From Candidatus Bacteroides intestinipullorum (GTDB lineage Bacteria > Bacteroidota > Bacteroidia > Bacteroidales > Bacteroidaceae): a stretch of DNA of 64,000 bases. The position numbers and the translations under genes are program-made. Each line of letters opens with the position of its first letter. The first letter of the stretch is position 1. The notes below the pieces were generated by a model. It did not search any database, was not told where the DNA came from, and worked only from the letters and a program-made list of their open reading frames with translations. Shown piece by piece: positions 7,585 to 16,837 of the stretch. The DNA lies in assembly GCA_018883785.1 (NCBI GenBank), contig JAHLFO010000040.1:1121-65120 (forward strand). The letters run 5' to 3'.

Positions 7585-9044
7585 GCACCCCTCTGAAAGT
7601 CACCCCCTACCCCTACCAGTCGGAAGGCATCGCGCAAGGATTGAAGTGGAAACGCTTCTTCCTGGCCGACGAGCCGGGGCTGGGCAAGACGCTGCAAAGC
7701 ATCGGCATCATCCACGCCGCCGGTGCCTGGCCTTGCCTGGTCATCTGCCCGTCCTCGCTGAAGATCAACTGGCAGCGCGAGGTGGAGAAGTTCACAGACA
7801 CCAAGGCTCTTGTCCTGACCGATGCCGTGCGCACCACGTGGCCCTACCTCGTGCAGATGCGCATGTTCCAATACGTCATTGTCAACTACGAGAGCCTGCG
7901 CAAGTACTTCGTGTGGGACATAAAAGGCTCCTCCCTACGGGGGAGGAAGGGAGGGGCTTCCTTCCGGCTCCGCGACGTGGTGTTCTGCCCGCAGATACGC
8001 CTGTTCCGCTCGGTCATCATCGACGAGAGCCACCGCGTGAAGGACGCCACGACGCAGCAGGCCAAGTTCGCCAAGGGGCTGGCGGCGGGCAAGGAATACA
8101 TCATCCTGCTCAGCGGCACGCCCGTGGTGAACCGCCCCGCCGACCTCGTGGCGCAGCTCTCCATCATGGACCGGCTGAAGGACTTCGGCGGGCGCGGACA
8201 GTTCCTGCTGGACTACGCCCAGGGCGAACGCGAAGCCTCCAACCTCGACGAGCTGAGCCGCCGCCTCTACGACACCTGCCTCCTGCGGCGCGAGAAGCAG
8301 AAGGTATTGACCCAACTGCCGGAGAAAACCCGCGTGGACCTCTACGTGGACATCGCCAACCGCGAGGAGTACGACACTGCCGCCGAAGACCTGGCCCGAT
8401 ACCTCCGCGAGTACCGACTTTGCCCCGAGCCGGAGATACGCCGCAAGATGCGCATGGAAGCCCTGGTGCGCTTCATGACCCTACGGGGCATCGCCGCACG
8501 GGGAAAGGTGGCGCAGGCGGCAGACTTCATCCGCACCGTCACCGACAGCGGCCAGCCCCTCGTGGTGTTCTGCTCGCTGCACGACATCGTGGACGAACTG
8601 CGCCGCATGTTCCCCTGCGCCGTCACCGTCACCGGACGGGATTCAGCCGTGATGAAGCAAGCAGCCGTCGACGCCTTCCAGCAAGGCAAGTCCCGGCTCA
8701 TCATCTGCTCCATCAAGGCCGCAGGCGTGGGCCTCACGCTCACCGCCGCCAGCCGCGTGGCCTTCATCGAGTTCCCCTGGACCTACGCCGACTGCCAGCA
8801 GTGCGAGGACCGCTGCCACCGCATCGGACAGCGCGACAACGTGACGTGCTACTACCTCATCGGCCGCGGCACCATCGACCGCAAGCTCTACCAGATTATC
8901 TACGACAAGCGGGCCGTGGCCAACCAGGTGATGGCCGCCGACGACGAAATCCCGACGGACACCCTCTATTTCGACGAGCTGGCCAAGGCCTTCTTAAATG
9001 AAGAACTAAAAAATGAAAAATGGACATCAGCAAGACCGACCTGA
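7581..9044 (+). CDS. SNF2-family helicase/translocase
   Basis: LADEPGLGKT (Walker A), IIDESH, LLSGTP, AAGVGLTL, QCEDRCHRIGQ. Confidence 0.95.
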   Translation: MSTPLKVTPYPYQSEGIAQGLKWKRFFLADEPGLGKTLQSIGIIHAAGAWPCLVICPSSLKINWQREVEKFTDTKALVLTDAVRTTWPYLVQMRMFQYVIVNYESLRKYFVWDIKGSSLRGRKGGASFRLRDVVFCPQIRLFRSVIIDESHRVKDATTQQAKFAKGLAAGKEYIILLSGTPVVNRPADLVAQLSIMDRLKDFGGRGQFLLDYAQGEREASNLDELSRRLYDTCLLRREKQKVLTQLPEKTRVDLYVDIANREEYDTAAEDLARYLREYRLCPEPEIRRKMRMEALVRFMTLRGIAARGKVAQAADFIRTVTDSGQPLVVFCSLHDIVDELRRMFPCAVTVTGRDSAVMKQAAVDAFQQGKSRLIICSIKAAGVGLTLTAASRVAFIEFPWTYADCQQCEDRCHRIGQRDNVTCYYLIGRGTIDRKLYQIIYDKRAVANQVMAADDEIPTDTLYFDELAKAFLNEELKNEKWTSARPT

Positions 9045-9187
9045 CCCAAGCCGCCCGCCTCCTTCAAGAAGCAGCGGCATACATCACTGTCAACGCCAAG
9101 TCTGCCCGCGAGGCCGACAAGGCAAGGCAGATGCAGAAACTCAGCAAGAAACTAACCAAAAAGATAGAACAATGGAACAACACTTAG
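9020..9187 (+). CDS. 55-aa helical hypothetical protein (not in the ORF track)
   Basis: Read manually: MDISKTDLTQAARLLQEAAAYITVNAKSAREADKARQMQKLSKKLTKKIEQWNNT*. Confidence 0.55.
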   Translation: MDISKTDLTQAARLLQEAAAYITVNAKSAREADKARQMQKLSKKLTKKIEQWNNT

Positions 9188-9606
9188 CCCAAGACATCAA
9201 CGAGAAAGACCGCTGGCAGTTCCTCTGCGACAACGCCGACGCGGTAGAGAAAATCGGGTACACCCATCGATTCACGCCAGAAGAACTGGCGCAGAAGAAA
9301 GAATCGCTGGCCGAAATCTCCATCCAAATAAACGACATCGAGACGGAGAAAAAAGAAGTGATGGACGACTTCAAGGAGCGCCTCAAACCGCTAAATGAAG
9401 AGAAATCCGAACTGCTGGACCACATTAAGAAAGGTTCGGAGTTCCGCGACGACGAAGAGTGCGCCAAGATACTCTACCATGACGAGCGCATGGCCGGATT
9501 CTACAACCGGCTTGGCGAACTAGTCTATAGCCGGCCCATCATGCCGCAGGAAATGCAAAAGACAATGTTTAGTATTAATCGTAAAACAGGAACAGACAAT
9601 GAATGA
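9172..9606 (+). CDS. Hypothetical coiled-coil protein
   Basis: MEQHLAQ... start inside the longer predicted ORF; coupled to the next gene. Confidence 0.8.
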   Translation: MEQHLAQDINEKDRWQFLCDNADAVEKIGYTHRFTPEELAQKKESLAEISIQINDIETEKKEVMDDFKERLKPLNEEKSELLDHIKKGSEFRDDEECAKILYHDERMAGFYNRLGELVYSRPIMPQEMQKTMFSINRKTGTDNE

Positions 9607-10336
9607 AAACAAACTGAATGTGGTAGTGCCGAAGGATTATAACGGTGCGCCTATTGAGATTATCTTGCGAGAAGGCAAGGCAGCCGAACAGCTACCGAAT
9701 AAGGAACCGATTTCTGTTGAAATAGAAGGAAACATCGAAGCTCCGCTGTGCTGGCTGGAAAAGAAGATAGAACTTATCGACCAAAAGAAAGCCCACATCG
9801 AAGTAAGTCGCGATAAAATGGACATTACTCTTATCGACAAGGAGAATGATTACTACACGAACGTCATTACCGGACAACTGAAACCGTCCCGTGAGATGGA
9901 GGCATTCGGCATCAACACCGACAAGCGTTGGGAGCCAGCTAAGCTCTCGCAGTTCTGCAAGATGCAACGGGCCTTCTTCAAGGACAAGCCAGCGAACATG
10001 TCGATCGTCTCCACACTGAAGAATTTCAAGGCCAAAGTAAGCCAGGACATAGAACGGAGCAAAGAGGAGAACGGAAGCCGGACGGATAACTACTCGCAGG
10101 TAGTGGACAGTAACCTGCCCAAGTCCTTCAAGCTCTTCATTCCCCTTTTCAAGGGTTTTGAACCCGAAGAAATCGAAGTCGAGATATATGCAGACGTGGA
10201 CGGTCGCGACGTCAGCCTCTCCCTTGTCTCCGCTGGGGCCAACGAAACGATGTGGGAGAACAAGAACGGTATCATCAATGCGCTGCTGAATAAGATTAGT
10301 ACCATTGCTCCGGACATAGCCATCATAGAAGTATAA
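9599..10336 (+). CDS. Hypothetical phage protein
   Basis: 245-aa ORF with normal composition. Confidence 0.8.
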   Translation: MNENKLNVVVPKDYNGAPIEIILREGKAAEQLPNKEPISVEIEGNIEAPLCWLEKKIELIDQKKAHIEVSRDKMDITLIDKENDYYTNVITGQLKPSREMEAFGINTDKRWEPAKLSQFCKMQRAFFKDKPANMSIVSTLKNFKAKVSQDIERSKEENGSRTDNYSQVVDSNLPKSFKLFIPLFKGFEPEEIEVEIYADVDGRDVSLSLVSAGANETMWENKNGIINALLNKISTIAPDIAIIEV

Positions 10337-10415
10337 GGAGGACGCCAAATGACCGAACAAGATTACATCCCCGACTGGTGGCTTCCGACAAACGAATCCA
10401 CTGAATAGAATTTTA

Positions 10416-10488
10416 AGCCTGTTCGTCCATCCGGTCAGGACGCCGTAGCACTTCGGAAAGGCGGGTTCGATTCCCGCACAGGCTTCCA
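10416..10488 (+). tRNA. Pseudo-tRNA with Glu-like body and a collapsed anticodon arm; encoded CCA
   Basis: AGCCTGT/ACAGGCT-T-CCA; D arm GTCC..GGAC; T arm GCGGG-TTCGATT-CCCGC; anticodon arm only CCGTAGCACTTCGG (14 nt). Confidence 0.7.
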
Positions 10489-10491
10489 TCA

Positions 10492-10573
10492 CGGCCAGTG
10501 TTGCGTAATGTGAGAACGGCTGTCACATCCCATGCAGTTGCACACGATGCGGGTTCGATTCCCGCCTGGCCGG
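10492..10573 (+). ncRNA. Second tRNA-like RNA (acceptor and T arm intact, non-canonical core)
   Basis: CGGCCAG/CTGGCCG; GCGGG-TTCGATT-CCCGC; inner hairpin ATGTGA/TCACAT and a short TGCA/TGCA inverted repeat. Confidence 0.65.
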
Positions 10574-10594
10574 CAAATCAAAACGTAATACACA

Positions 10595-11065
10595 ATGTAC
10601 TACCTCAGACGAAAGCCAAAGAAGAAAGATAAACCACTGCCCCTGTTCGACAAAGCCGGGGTGAAGATAAAGAAGAAGCCCGACCTGAAAGCCAAGCTCG
10701 ACAAGGAGTTTTCGCTCTACATCCGCCTGCGGGACAGTTCTGGTGGATACTTCAAGTGCATCAGTTGTAACGAAATAAAGCCTTTTGAGCAAGCCGACTG
10801 TGGACATTACATAAATCGTCAGCACATGTCCACCCGCTTCGACGAGATGAATTGCAATGCCCAGTGCAGGAAATGCAACCGCTTCATGGAGGGCAACATG
10901 CAGGGCTACCGCCGCGGGCTTGTCGCCAAGTATGGCGAGCAACGTGTACTGCTGCTGGAAGCCAAAAAGAAGCAAACGCGCAAGTACAGCGATTTTGAGT
11001 ACGAGCAACTGATTAAGTATTACAAGGCGTTGAACGCCAAACTCAGAAAGGAGAAAAACCTATGA
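10595..11065 (+). CDS. ninG: NinG/Rap-family recombination endonuclease
   Basis: FSLYIRLRD...CISC...DCGHYINR...TRFDEMNCNAQCRKCN. Confidence 0.9.
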   Translation: MYYLRRKPKKKDKPLPLFDKAGVKIKKKPDLKAKLDKEFSLYIRLRDSSGGYFKCISCNEIKPFEQADCGHYINRQHMSTRFDEMNCNAQCRKCNRFMEGNMQGYRRGLVAKYGEQRVLLLEAKKKQTRKYSDFEYEQLIKYYKALNAKLRKEKNL

Positions 11066-11442
11066 CCCTACAAGAAGAAGCAAAGATCATCAGCGACTAC
11101 CTGCAAATCACCTGCCAGAACAACCCGCAGGAAATCCAGCAAAGGATAGCCGACACCATGGTCTACGTGGCAAGGACGGGCGAAATGCTTGCCACGGCCA
11201 AACGCATGCTGCGCCGCCGCAAGTCCGAAGAGATACAGAACACCATTATAGCCATCGCCAAGGAAAACTGCCTCTCGGCCAAGGTGCAGAACGCCCTGCT
11301 CGACAGCATCGCTGAAGAAGAAGCCTTCCTCGTCGACACCCTCGACCGGCTCAACGCCGCAGCCACCCACCAGCTTGACGCGCTGCGCACGTTGCTATCC
11401 TACGAGCGCGAGGGGCTAAGATTGAACAAGACGGGATATTAG
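11062..11442 (+). CDS. Hypothetical helical phage protein
   Basis: Coupled ORF; HQLDALRTLLSY motif. Confidence 0.8.
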   Translation: MTLQEEAKIISDYLQITCQNNPQEIQQRIADTMVYVARTGEMLATAKRMLRRRKSEEIQNTIIAIAKENCLSAKVQNALLDSIAEEEAFLVDTLDRLNAAATHQLDALRTLLSYEREGLRLNKTGY

Positions 11443-11466
11443 GATCAACACATAACCACCAAACCT

Positions 11467-12201
11467 ATGGCCAAAAATCAAAAGAAATCATTCGTTTTTA
11501 ATGTCGCCTGGCATGAGGTGCTAACGGATTTCGAGCCGGAGGTCAGACTTGAAGTGTACGACGCAATCATCGAATACGTAGCGTCGGGGACACTGCCCGA
11601 GCTGAAACCGCTCTCGAAAATGGCATTCTCCTTCATTAAAAAAGAGATTGATTACAACAACGAGAAGTACGAGGAAACGGTCATCAAACGCAGCGAGGCC
11701 GGGAAGAAAGGGATGCAGTCCAGGTACGGGAACCAACCGGGCGTAACAAAGCTAACAAACGTAACAAGCGATAACAAAGCTAACACGTGTTACGACAGCC
11801 TAACAAACGTAACTGATAATGATAATGTAGATGATAATGATCATGTAGATGTGGAGGATAAATCCTCCTCCCCCCAAAGCCCCCCAAGGGGCGGGGAAGG
11901 AGGAACGGACTTCCTGTCTTCTCCCCTGTCGCAGCGCGACGGCATCCCCCGGAACTTCGACGGCCTGTGCCGCGAGATGAACACCCTCGGCATCCCACAG
12001 CGTCAGCAGGACGAAATCATGCGCCTCTCCAACTTCGGCCAAATAGGCCACCCAGTGTGGCAACACCTGAAACACTGCCGCGAAAGCCGAGAAAGCCGCC
12101 TGGAGAAGAACCGCGTCAAGCTGCCCGGAAGCTACATCCTCAAGCAACTGCGGGCCGCCGCGCCAAGCCCCAAGCCCGTGGAGGGAGCGCGCGATGAATG
12201 A
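11467..12201 (+). CDS. Replication initiator-like protein (DUF6291-type N-terminus)
   Basis: KKSFVF...VYDAIIEY...MAFSFIK.EID.N..KY...RSEAGKKG; repeated TAACAA units near 11744-11812 suggest iterons. Confidence 0.75.
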   Translation: MAKNQKKSFVFNVAWHEVLTDFEPEVRLEVYDAIIEYVASGTLPELKPLSKMAFSFIKKEIDYNNEKYEETVIKRSEAGKKGMQSRYGNQPGVTKLTNVTSDNKANTCYDSLTNVTDNDNVDDNDHVDVEDKSSSPQSPPRGGEGGTDFLSSPLSQRDGIPRNFDGLCREMNTLGIPQRQQDEIMRLSNFGQIGHPVWQHLKHCRESRESRLEKNRVKLPGSYILKQLRAAAPSPKPVEGARDE

Positions 12202-12415
12202 AAAACGCTTCATCGTGCAGCTGGACGACGAGCAACTCTCCGCCTTCCTCCTCCGCTGGCTGGACCACGGAAAGCCCTGCCCACTGCTGTTCCAGCGACC
12301 CAACACCGACGGGCAGACCGCCGTCCGCCTGAAATACCCGGAGTGGGACACGGAGAGCATACTGTTCCTTCGCGAGGCCGTGGAGTGGACGGGGTGCAGG
12401 CTGTATGAACGATAA
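12194..12415 (+). CDS. Hypothetical protein
   Basis: Coupled 73-aa ORF. Confidence 0.65.
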   Translation: MNEKRFIVQLDDEQLSAFLLRWLDHGKPCPLLFQRPNTDGQTAVRLKYPEWDTESILFLREAVEWTGCRLYER

Positions 12416-12431
12416 CCAAGACAAAGACCGT

Positions 12432-13604
12432 ATGACCCACGCATCACTCTTCAGCGGAATAGGCGGAGCCGAGATAGCCGCCACGTGGATGGGATGGACC
12501 AACCTCTTCCATTGCGAGATAAACCCCTTCGGACGCAAAGTCCTCGAATACTGGTATCCAAATTCAACGAGTTATGAAGACATCACAAAAACAGATTTTT
12601 CAGAATGGCGGGGACGCGTCGACGTGCTCACCGCAGGCTTCCCCTGCCAGCCCTTCAGCGTGGCCGGACAGCGAAAGGGAGCGGACGATGACCGCTACCT
12701 CTGGCCGCAGGTTGTCCGCGCTGTGCGTGAAATCCGACCCGCTTGGGTCGTTGGCGAGAACGTTACTGGAATCCTCACGATGGTTCAGCCCGGCGAGGAG
12801 ATTGAAGTGGGAAGCGGCTCCGCTTTTTTCGACGAGAATCACCTATACCGAGCGGAGCAGCAGTACGTCCTCGAAACCGTCTGCCAAGACCTCGAGCGTG
12901 AAGGATATTCCGTCCAGCCGTTTGTTATTCCGGCTTGTGCCGTCGGAGCGCCCCATAGGAGGGACCGCGTGTGGATTATTGCCCACCGTGCAGACGCATG
13001 GGCTGAAACGATGCAATGCGGAAGGGAAAACGGAGTTCATGCCGCTGGACTTGCTGCCGACACCGACATCAATAGACAGCGGGAGCGGAAGAATCAACAA
13101 GTCACCGTCGCCGGATGCAAAGGAGCGTCCTACGATTGCACTTGCGGCGAAGATGGGGCTGCTCCCGACACCGATGAGCACCGACATACACCATGCAGAG
13201 AGGGTGGAAGAATTGAAACAGAGCGGGAAGAGCGGTTTGCGTTGCCGGGAGAAAGGGAAGTCTGGAGCCAACGGCCTGACAGACTTCCTGGACTTTCACG
13301 GGATGCTTCCCACGCCAGCCGCGCAGGATGGGAAAAACAGCACGTTTCCCCCGAGCCAGTCGGACAGAGACACCCTGCCGGGATGTGTCGTGAAGAACTG
13401 CCAGCCGACCGATGGGCAGGCTTCCCAACTCAACCCCCTGTTTGTAACGGAAATGATGGGCTTTCCCTTGGACTGGTTGGTATCACCTTTCCAAAATGGA
13501 GGGCAGAAGCCATAAAAGCCTTAGGAAACGCATGGGTGCCTCAAGTGGCATACGAGATATTCCGCGCCATACAACAGGTCGAAGATGAAGAAACAACCAG
13601 TTAA
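12432..13604 (+). CDS. dcm: DNA cytosine-5 methyltransferase, large subunit
   Basis: SLFSGIGG (I), GFPCQPFS (IV), ENV (VI), PHRRDRVWI (VIII), ALGNAW (X); motif IX absent from this frame. Confidence 0.92.
   Translation: MTHASLFSGIGGAEIAATWMGWTNLFHCEINPFGRKVLEYWYPNSTSYEDITKTDFSEWRGRVDVLTAGFPCQPFSVAGQRKGADDDRYLWPQVVRAVREIRPAWVVGENVTGILTMVQPGEEIEVGSGSAFFDENHLYRAEQQYVLETVCQDLEREGYSVQPFVIPACAVGAPHRRDRVWIIAHRADAWAETMQCGRENGVHAAGLAADTDINRQRERKNQQVTVAGCKGASYDCTCGEDGAAPDTDEHRHTPCREGGRIETEREERFALPGEREVWSQRPDRLPGLSRDASHASRAGWEKQHVSPEPVGQRHPAGMCREELPADRWAGFPTQPPVCNGNDGLSLGLVGITFPKWRAEAIKALGNAWVPQVAYEIFRAIQQVEDEETTS
12574..13515 (+). CDS. Overprinted small subunit of the C5 methyltransferase (alternative frame; start codon uncertain)
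   Basis: Open 313-codon +1 frame with repeated LLPT(P/V) units and C-terminal LNPLFVTEMMGFPLDW (motif IX-like). Confidence 0.7.
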   Translation: MKTSQKQIFQNGGDASTCSPQASPASPSAWPDSERERTMTATSGRRLSALCVKSDPLGSLARTLLESSRWFSPARRLKWEAAPLFSTRITYTERSSSTSSKPSAKTSSVKDIPSSRLLFRLVPSERPIGGTACGLLPTVQTHGLKRCNAEGKTEFMPLDLLPTPTSIDSGSGRINKSPSPDAKERPTIALAAKMGLLPTPMSTDIHHAERVEELKQSGKSGLRCREKGKSGANGLTDFLDFHGMLPTPAAQDGKNSTFPPSQSDRDTLPGCVVKNCQPTDGQASQLNPLFVTEMMGFPLDWLVSPFQNGGQKP

Positions 13605-13761
13605 GCCAACTCGTGACACCACCGTCCCTGTCCGATGCAGGGATTGCGCCAATGCCTCGGAGTTCATCGAGAACTCCTGCTACTGCAAGGCGATGGGGAG
13701 GAGAGTTTGTGCTTGCAATCGCTACGGAAGGGTGTGCAAATACTTTGAATCAAGAAAATAG
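13585..13761 (+). CDS. 58-aa Cys-rich protein (not in the ORF track)
   Basis: Read manually: ...VRCRDCANA...SCYCKAMGRRVCACNRYGRVCKYFESRK*. Confidence 0.6.
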   Translation: MKKQPVKPTRDTTVPVRCRDCANASEFIENSCYCKAMGRRVCACNRYGRVCKYFESRK

Positions 13762-13771
13762 CAAATCAACA

Positions 13772-14677
13772 ATGACAGCATCCGAAATCAACCTCACGCT
13801 AAACGAAGTCCTCTCCCGCGTCCGTCCCAGATTGCAGAAGAAGATTCTCTACTCCATCGACCTCATACGAAAGGCCGAGAAGATGGCACTGCGACTTGAC
13901 CCAGAAAATGGATTCTACAACACCTTCTCCGGAGGCAAGGACAGTCAAGTTCTTTATCACCTCGTTAAGCTGGCAGGCGTGAAGCACAAGACGTACATGA
14001 GCCTTACCAGTGTTGACCCTCCAGAGGTAATACGGTTCGTCAAGACGCAATACCCGGACGTGGAACTGATTAAGCCGCGGATGAGCATCTATGACATGGC
14101 GAAAAAGAAGCACTTACTTCCGACACGTAGATTTCGCTGGTGCTGTGCCGAATACAAGGAAATGTACGGTGCGGGCAAGGTGACGCTCATCGGCGTGCGT
14201 AAACAGGAAAGCGCACGACGCGCCAAACGGGAAGAAATCAGCACCAACATCAAAGGCAAGCGTACAGAAGAAACCTTCGACCAGTGGAGCGAGCACGAGG
14301 AGCAGATGGTTACCTGTGTCGGTGGCAAGGACAAGATACTTGTGTCGCCAATCATCTATTGGACGGAACGGGATGTGTGGGAGTTCCTGAATGCAAACGG
14401 GATACAGCATTGCGAGTTGTACGACCAAGGATATACTCGTATCGGCTGCATCTGCTGCCCTATGTCACAGCCTCGGCAAAAAGCAAAAGAAATCAAACGC
14501 TGGCCACATGTAAAGCGGAACTGGATTAAAACCATCAAATGGCTGATTGACAACGGGTATATCAATCACAATTTCAACGATGCCGAAACCGGATTTTGCT
14601 GGTGGATAAGCGGAAAATCCTTCAACAAGTTCTATGCAGACGAAGTATTACAACAGAAAATAAATTTTGAACAATGA
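13772..14677 (+). CDS. PAPS-reductase-family (adenine nucleotide alpha-hydrolase) protein
   Basis: FSGGKDS PP-loop, RWCC, GVRKQESARR, RIGCICCP. Confidence 0.9.
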   Translation: MTASEINLTLNEVLSRVRPRLQKKILYSIDLIRKAEKMALRLDPENGFYNTFSGGKDSQVLYHLVKLAGVKHKTYMSLTSVDPPEVIRFVKTQYPDVELIKPRMSIYDMAKKKHLLPTRRFRWCCAEYKEMYGAGKVTLIGVRKQESARRAKREEISTNIKGKRTEETFDQWSEHEEQMVTCVGGKDKILVSPIIYWTERDVWEFLNANGIQHCELYDQGYTRIGCICCPMSQPRQKAKEIKRWPHVKRNWIKTIKWLIDNGYINHNFNDAETGFCWWISGKSFNKFYADEVLQQKINFEQ

Positions 14678-15591
14678 ACATCGCACTGCTCCCCGTAGAC
14701 AGCACCTACTCCAACCTCGCCCTGATGAAACTGTCCGCCTGGCACAAACAGCATGGCGACACCGTGCAATGGTATAACCCGTTAGACCAATACGACAAGG
14801 TGTATATGGCAAAAGTATTCAGCTTCACTCCTGACTACGGATACTACATCAACGCCGACGAAGTGGAGAAAGGCGGAACGGGGTACGACCTGCACAAGGT
14901 ATTGCCCAAAGCAATAGACCGCATCCAGCCCGATTACACCATCTATCCGCAGATAGACACCAAGACCGCCTACGGATTCCTCACCCGTGGATGCCCCAAC
15001 CGATGCAAGTGGTGCATCGTACCGAAGAAGGAGGGCAGCATAACCCCATACATGGACGTGCACGAGATAGCCGTTGACGGGCGCACCAACCTCATCCTCA
15101 TGGACAACAACATACTCGCTTCCGATTACGGACTGGAGCAGATAGAGGAAATCACCCGGCGTAAGTACCGCGTGGACTTCAACCAAGGGCTTGACGCACG
15201 CTTGGTGACGGACGACATCGCCCGACTGCTTGCCAAGGTGAAATGGATAAAGCGCATCCGTTTCGGTTGCGACACTCCCCAACAGATAGCCGAATGCGAA
15301 CGGGCAATCAGTCTGTTGGAAAAGCACGGATACCGTGGCGAATACTTCCTCTACTGCATCATCATCGACTTCGAGGAAAGCATACGCCGCATCAGCCATT
15401 GGCGCACGAACAAGCGAGTTATCGTTCACGCGCAACCCTACCGTGATTTGGATAACCCGACGCAAGTCATCCCGCAATGGCAAAAAGACATGGCCCACTG
15501 GGCCGACCGGAAAGAGCTATACCACACTTGCGAATTTCGAGATTTTGAACCGAGAAAAGGATTTAAATGTAAACAATACTTTGACCAATGA
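14674..15591 (+). CDS. Radical SAM protein
   Basis: TRGCPNRCKWC (CxxxCxxC), DNNILA, FNQGLDARL. Confidence 0.9.
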   Translation: MNIALLPVDSTYSNLALMKLSAWHKQHGDTVQWYNPLDQYDKVYMAKVFSFTPDYGYYINADEVEKGGTGYDLHKVLPKAIDRIQPDYTIYPQIDTKTAYGFLTRGCPNRCKWCIVPKKEGSITPYMDVHEIAVDGRTNLILMDNNILASDYGLEQIEEITRRKYRVDFNQGLDARLVTDDIARLLAKVKWIKRIRFGCDTPQQIAECERAISLLEKHGYRGEYFLYCIIIDFEESIRRISHWRTNKRVIVHAQPYRDLDNPTQVIPQWQKDMAHWADRKELYHTCEFRDFEPRKGFKCKQYFDQ

Positions 15592-15983
15592 AACCATTAG
15601 ACAAACTATCAACCATGACCAACATCGCGTACGTACTTGTGGACGTGCTGGAAACGAACCTCATGGATATGGAACATGAATACAGACGCCAAGGCTACGA
15701 ACTGCGACACGATGCCAAGCGGAATTTCAACACCGCCATCGCTGCTATTCGTCGTCTGAAATCAGATGTAGGGAAATGCCGCTCCAGCGTGCAAGAAGAT
15801 TTCGGCAACGACGCGGATATTGTGAACGCCCTGCTATTGACTATCATTGACCGGACAGGCGACGATGATATGCAATCCTTTCGCCTGTACAACTACATCA
15901 AGGCCATGCCGTCGCGCCTGCATCTGGAGCTGGATATTGACGAGAAGTCCGTTTTCGGGCATGTAATAGAAGGAATCGAATAA
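15588..15983 (+). CDS. Hypothetical protein
   Basis: Coupled 131-aa helical ORF. Confidence 0.75.
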   Translation: MKPLDKLSTMTNIAYVLVDVLETNLMDMEHEYRRQGYELRHDAKRNFNTAIAAIRRLKSDVGKCRSSVQEDFGNDADIVNALLLTIIDRTGDDDMQSFRLYNYIKAMPSRLHLELDIDEKSVFGHVIEGIE

Positions 15984-15999
15984 TTAAAATTGTAACACT

Positions 16000-16314
16000 A
16001 TGACAAGAGAACAGATTGAAAAGGCGGGTCGTGATTACGCCTTAGACCAATTAGGAATAGTTGGATTACCAGGGCGTGCCGAAGCAATGAAAGCGTTTAT
16101 CTCCGGTGCCCAGTGGCGCATCAACTCCGTGTGGCACTCAACAGATGAATTACCCAAGTATAGTGGTTTTTTAGCGGTATTGATGAGCAATGGGCTTATG
16201 GAAATAATGTATTATAGTGCGGGGATAGGGTTCCATGAAATGACCTTGAAAGGATATGTTTTATGGGCATACATTTCAGACCTGCTTCCCGAAAGAAAGG
16301 AGGAAACAAAATGA
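16000..16314 (+). CDS. Hypothetical phage protein (AFISGAQW...WAYISDLLP)
   Basis: Motifs typical of Bacteroides phage accessory ORFs. Confidence 0.75.
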   Translation: MTREQIEKAGRDYALDQLGIVGLPGRAEAMKAFISGAQWRINSVWHSTDELPKYSGFLAVLMSNGLMEIMYYSAGIGFHEMTLKGYVLWAYISDLLPERKEETK

Positions 16315-16502
16315 AAGATATATTGGAGGCTGTGAAAGAAAGCCTTGCAATCATTGCTGTGATATTTGCGTGTGCCGTCTCCATATTCTGCTTAATGCGA
16401 CTTGGAGAATGGGTAACGCTGCTTATTGCGGGTTGTGCATATATCCTTTACATCGGTTTGGCTATAACTATTAAACGAATGGATAAGGAGGAAGAGAAAT
16501 GA
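16311..16502 (+). CDS. Small two-TM protein
   Basis: MKDILEAVKESLAIIAVIFACAV...; ATGA overlaps on both sides. Confidence 0.65.
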   Translation: MKDILEAVKESLAIIAVIFACAVSIFCLMRLGEWVTLLIAGCAYILYIGLAITIKRMDKEEEK

Positions 16503-16837
16503 AGAAGAGAATCAGAAAAACGGGTGAGATAGTCGATGTAATAGCGTGGTACAACCTTATGGGTGCTGAACGCGATAGATACGATTCTGTGTCGTACATT
16601 GATTCAAAAGGCAATGAATGCGTGAAAGTGGAAGGACTTAATCTTGCGTGGGATTTTGAGGATGTGGAAGAGGTTCTTAGTACGGATATTGATTGGGAAC
16701 AACGCAGGTATAAAATCGCCAAAGAAGTATTTGCTTCTATATATGACTTCACTATAGACAGAATCAACTTTGCTAAATATGCTGTAGATGCAGCCGATGC
16801 CCTCATTGCCGAATTGAAGAAAGGAGGTGAGAAATGA
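16499..16837 (+). CDS. Hypothetical phage protein (IDWEQRRYKIAKE...AVDAADALIAELK)
   Basis: Recurrent Bacteroides phage motif. Confidence 0.8.
   Translation: MKKRIRKTGEIVDVIAWYNLMGAERDRYDSVSYIDSKGNECVKVEGLNLAWDFEDVEEVLSTDIDWEQRRYKIAKEVFASIYDFTIDRINFAKYAVDAADALIAELKKGGEK

Noticed and set aside
7646-9001. 451-aa alternative-frame ORF inside the helicase
   Set aside because: Arg/Pro/Gly-rich artefact of high GC3, unlike the MTase overlap, which carries a recognisable missing motif
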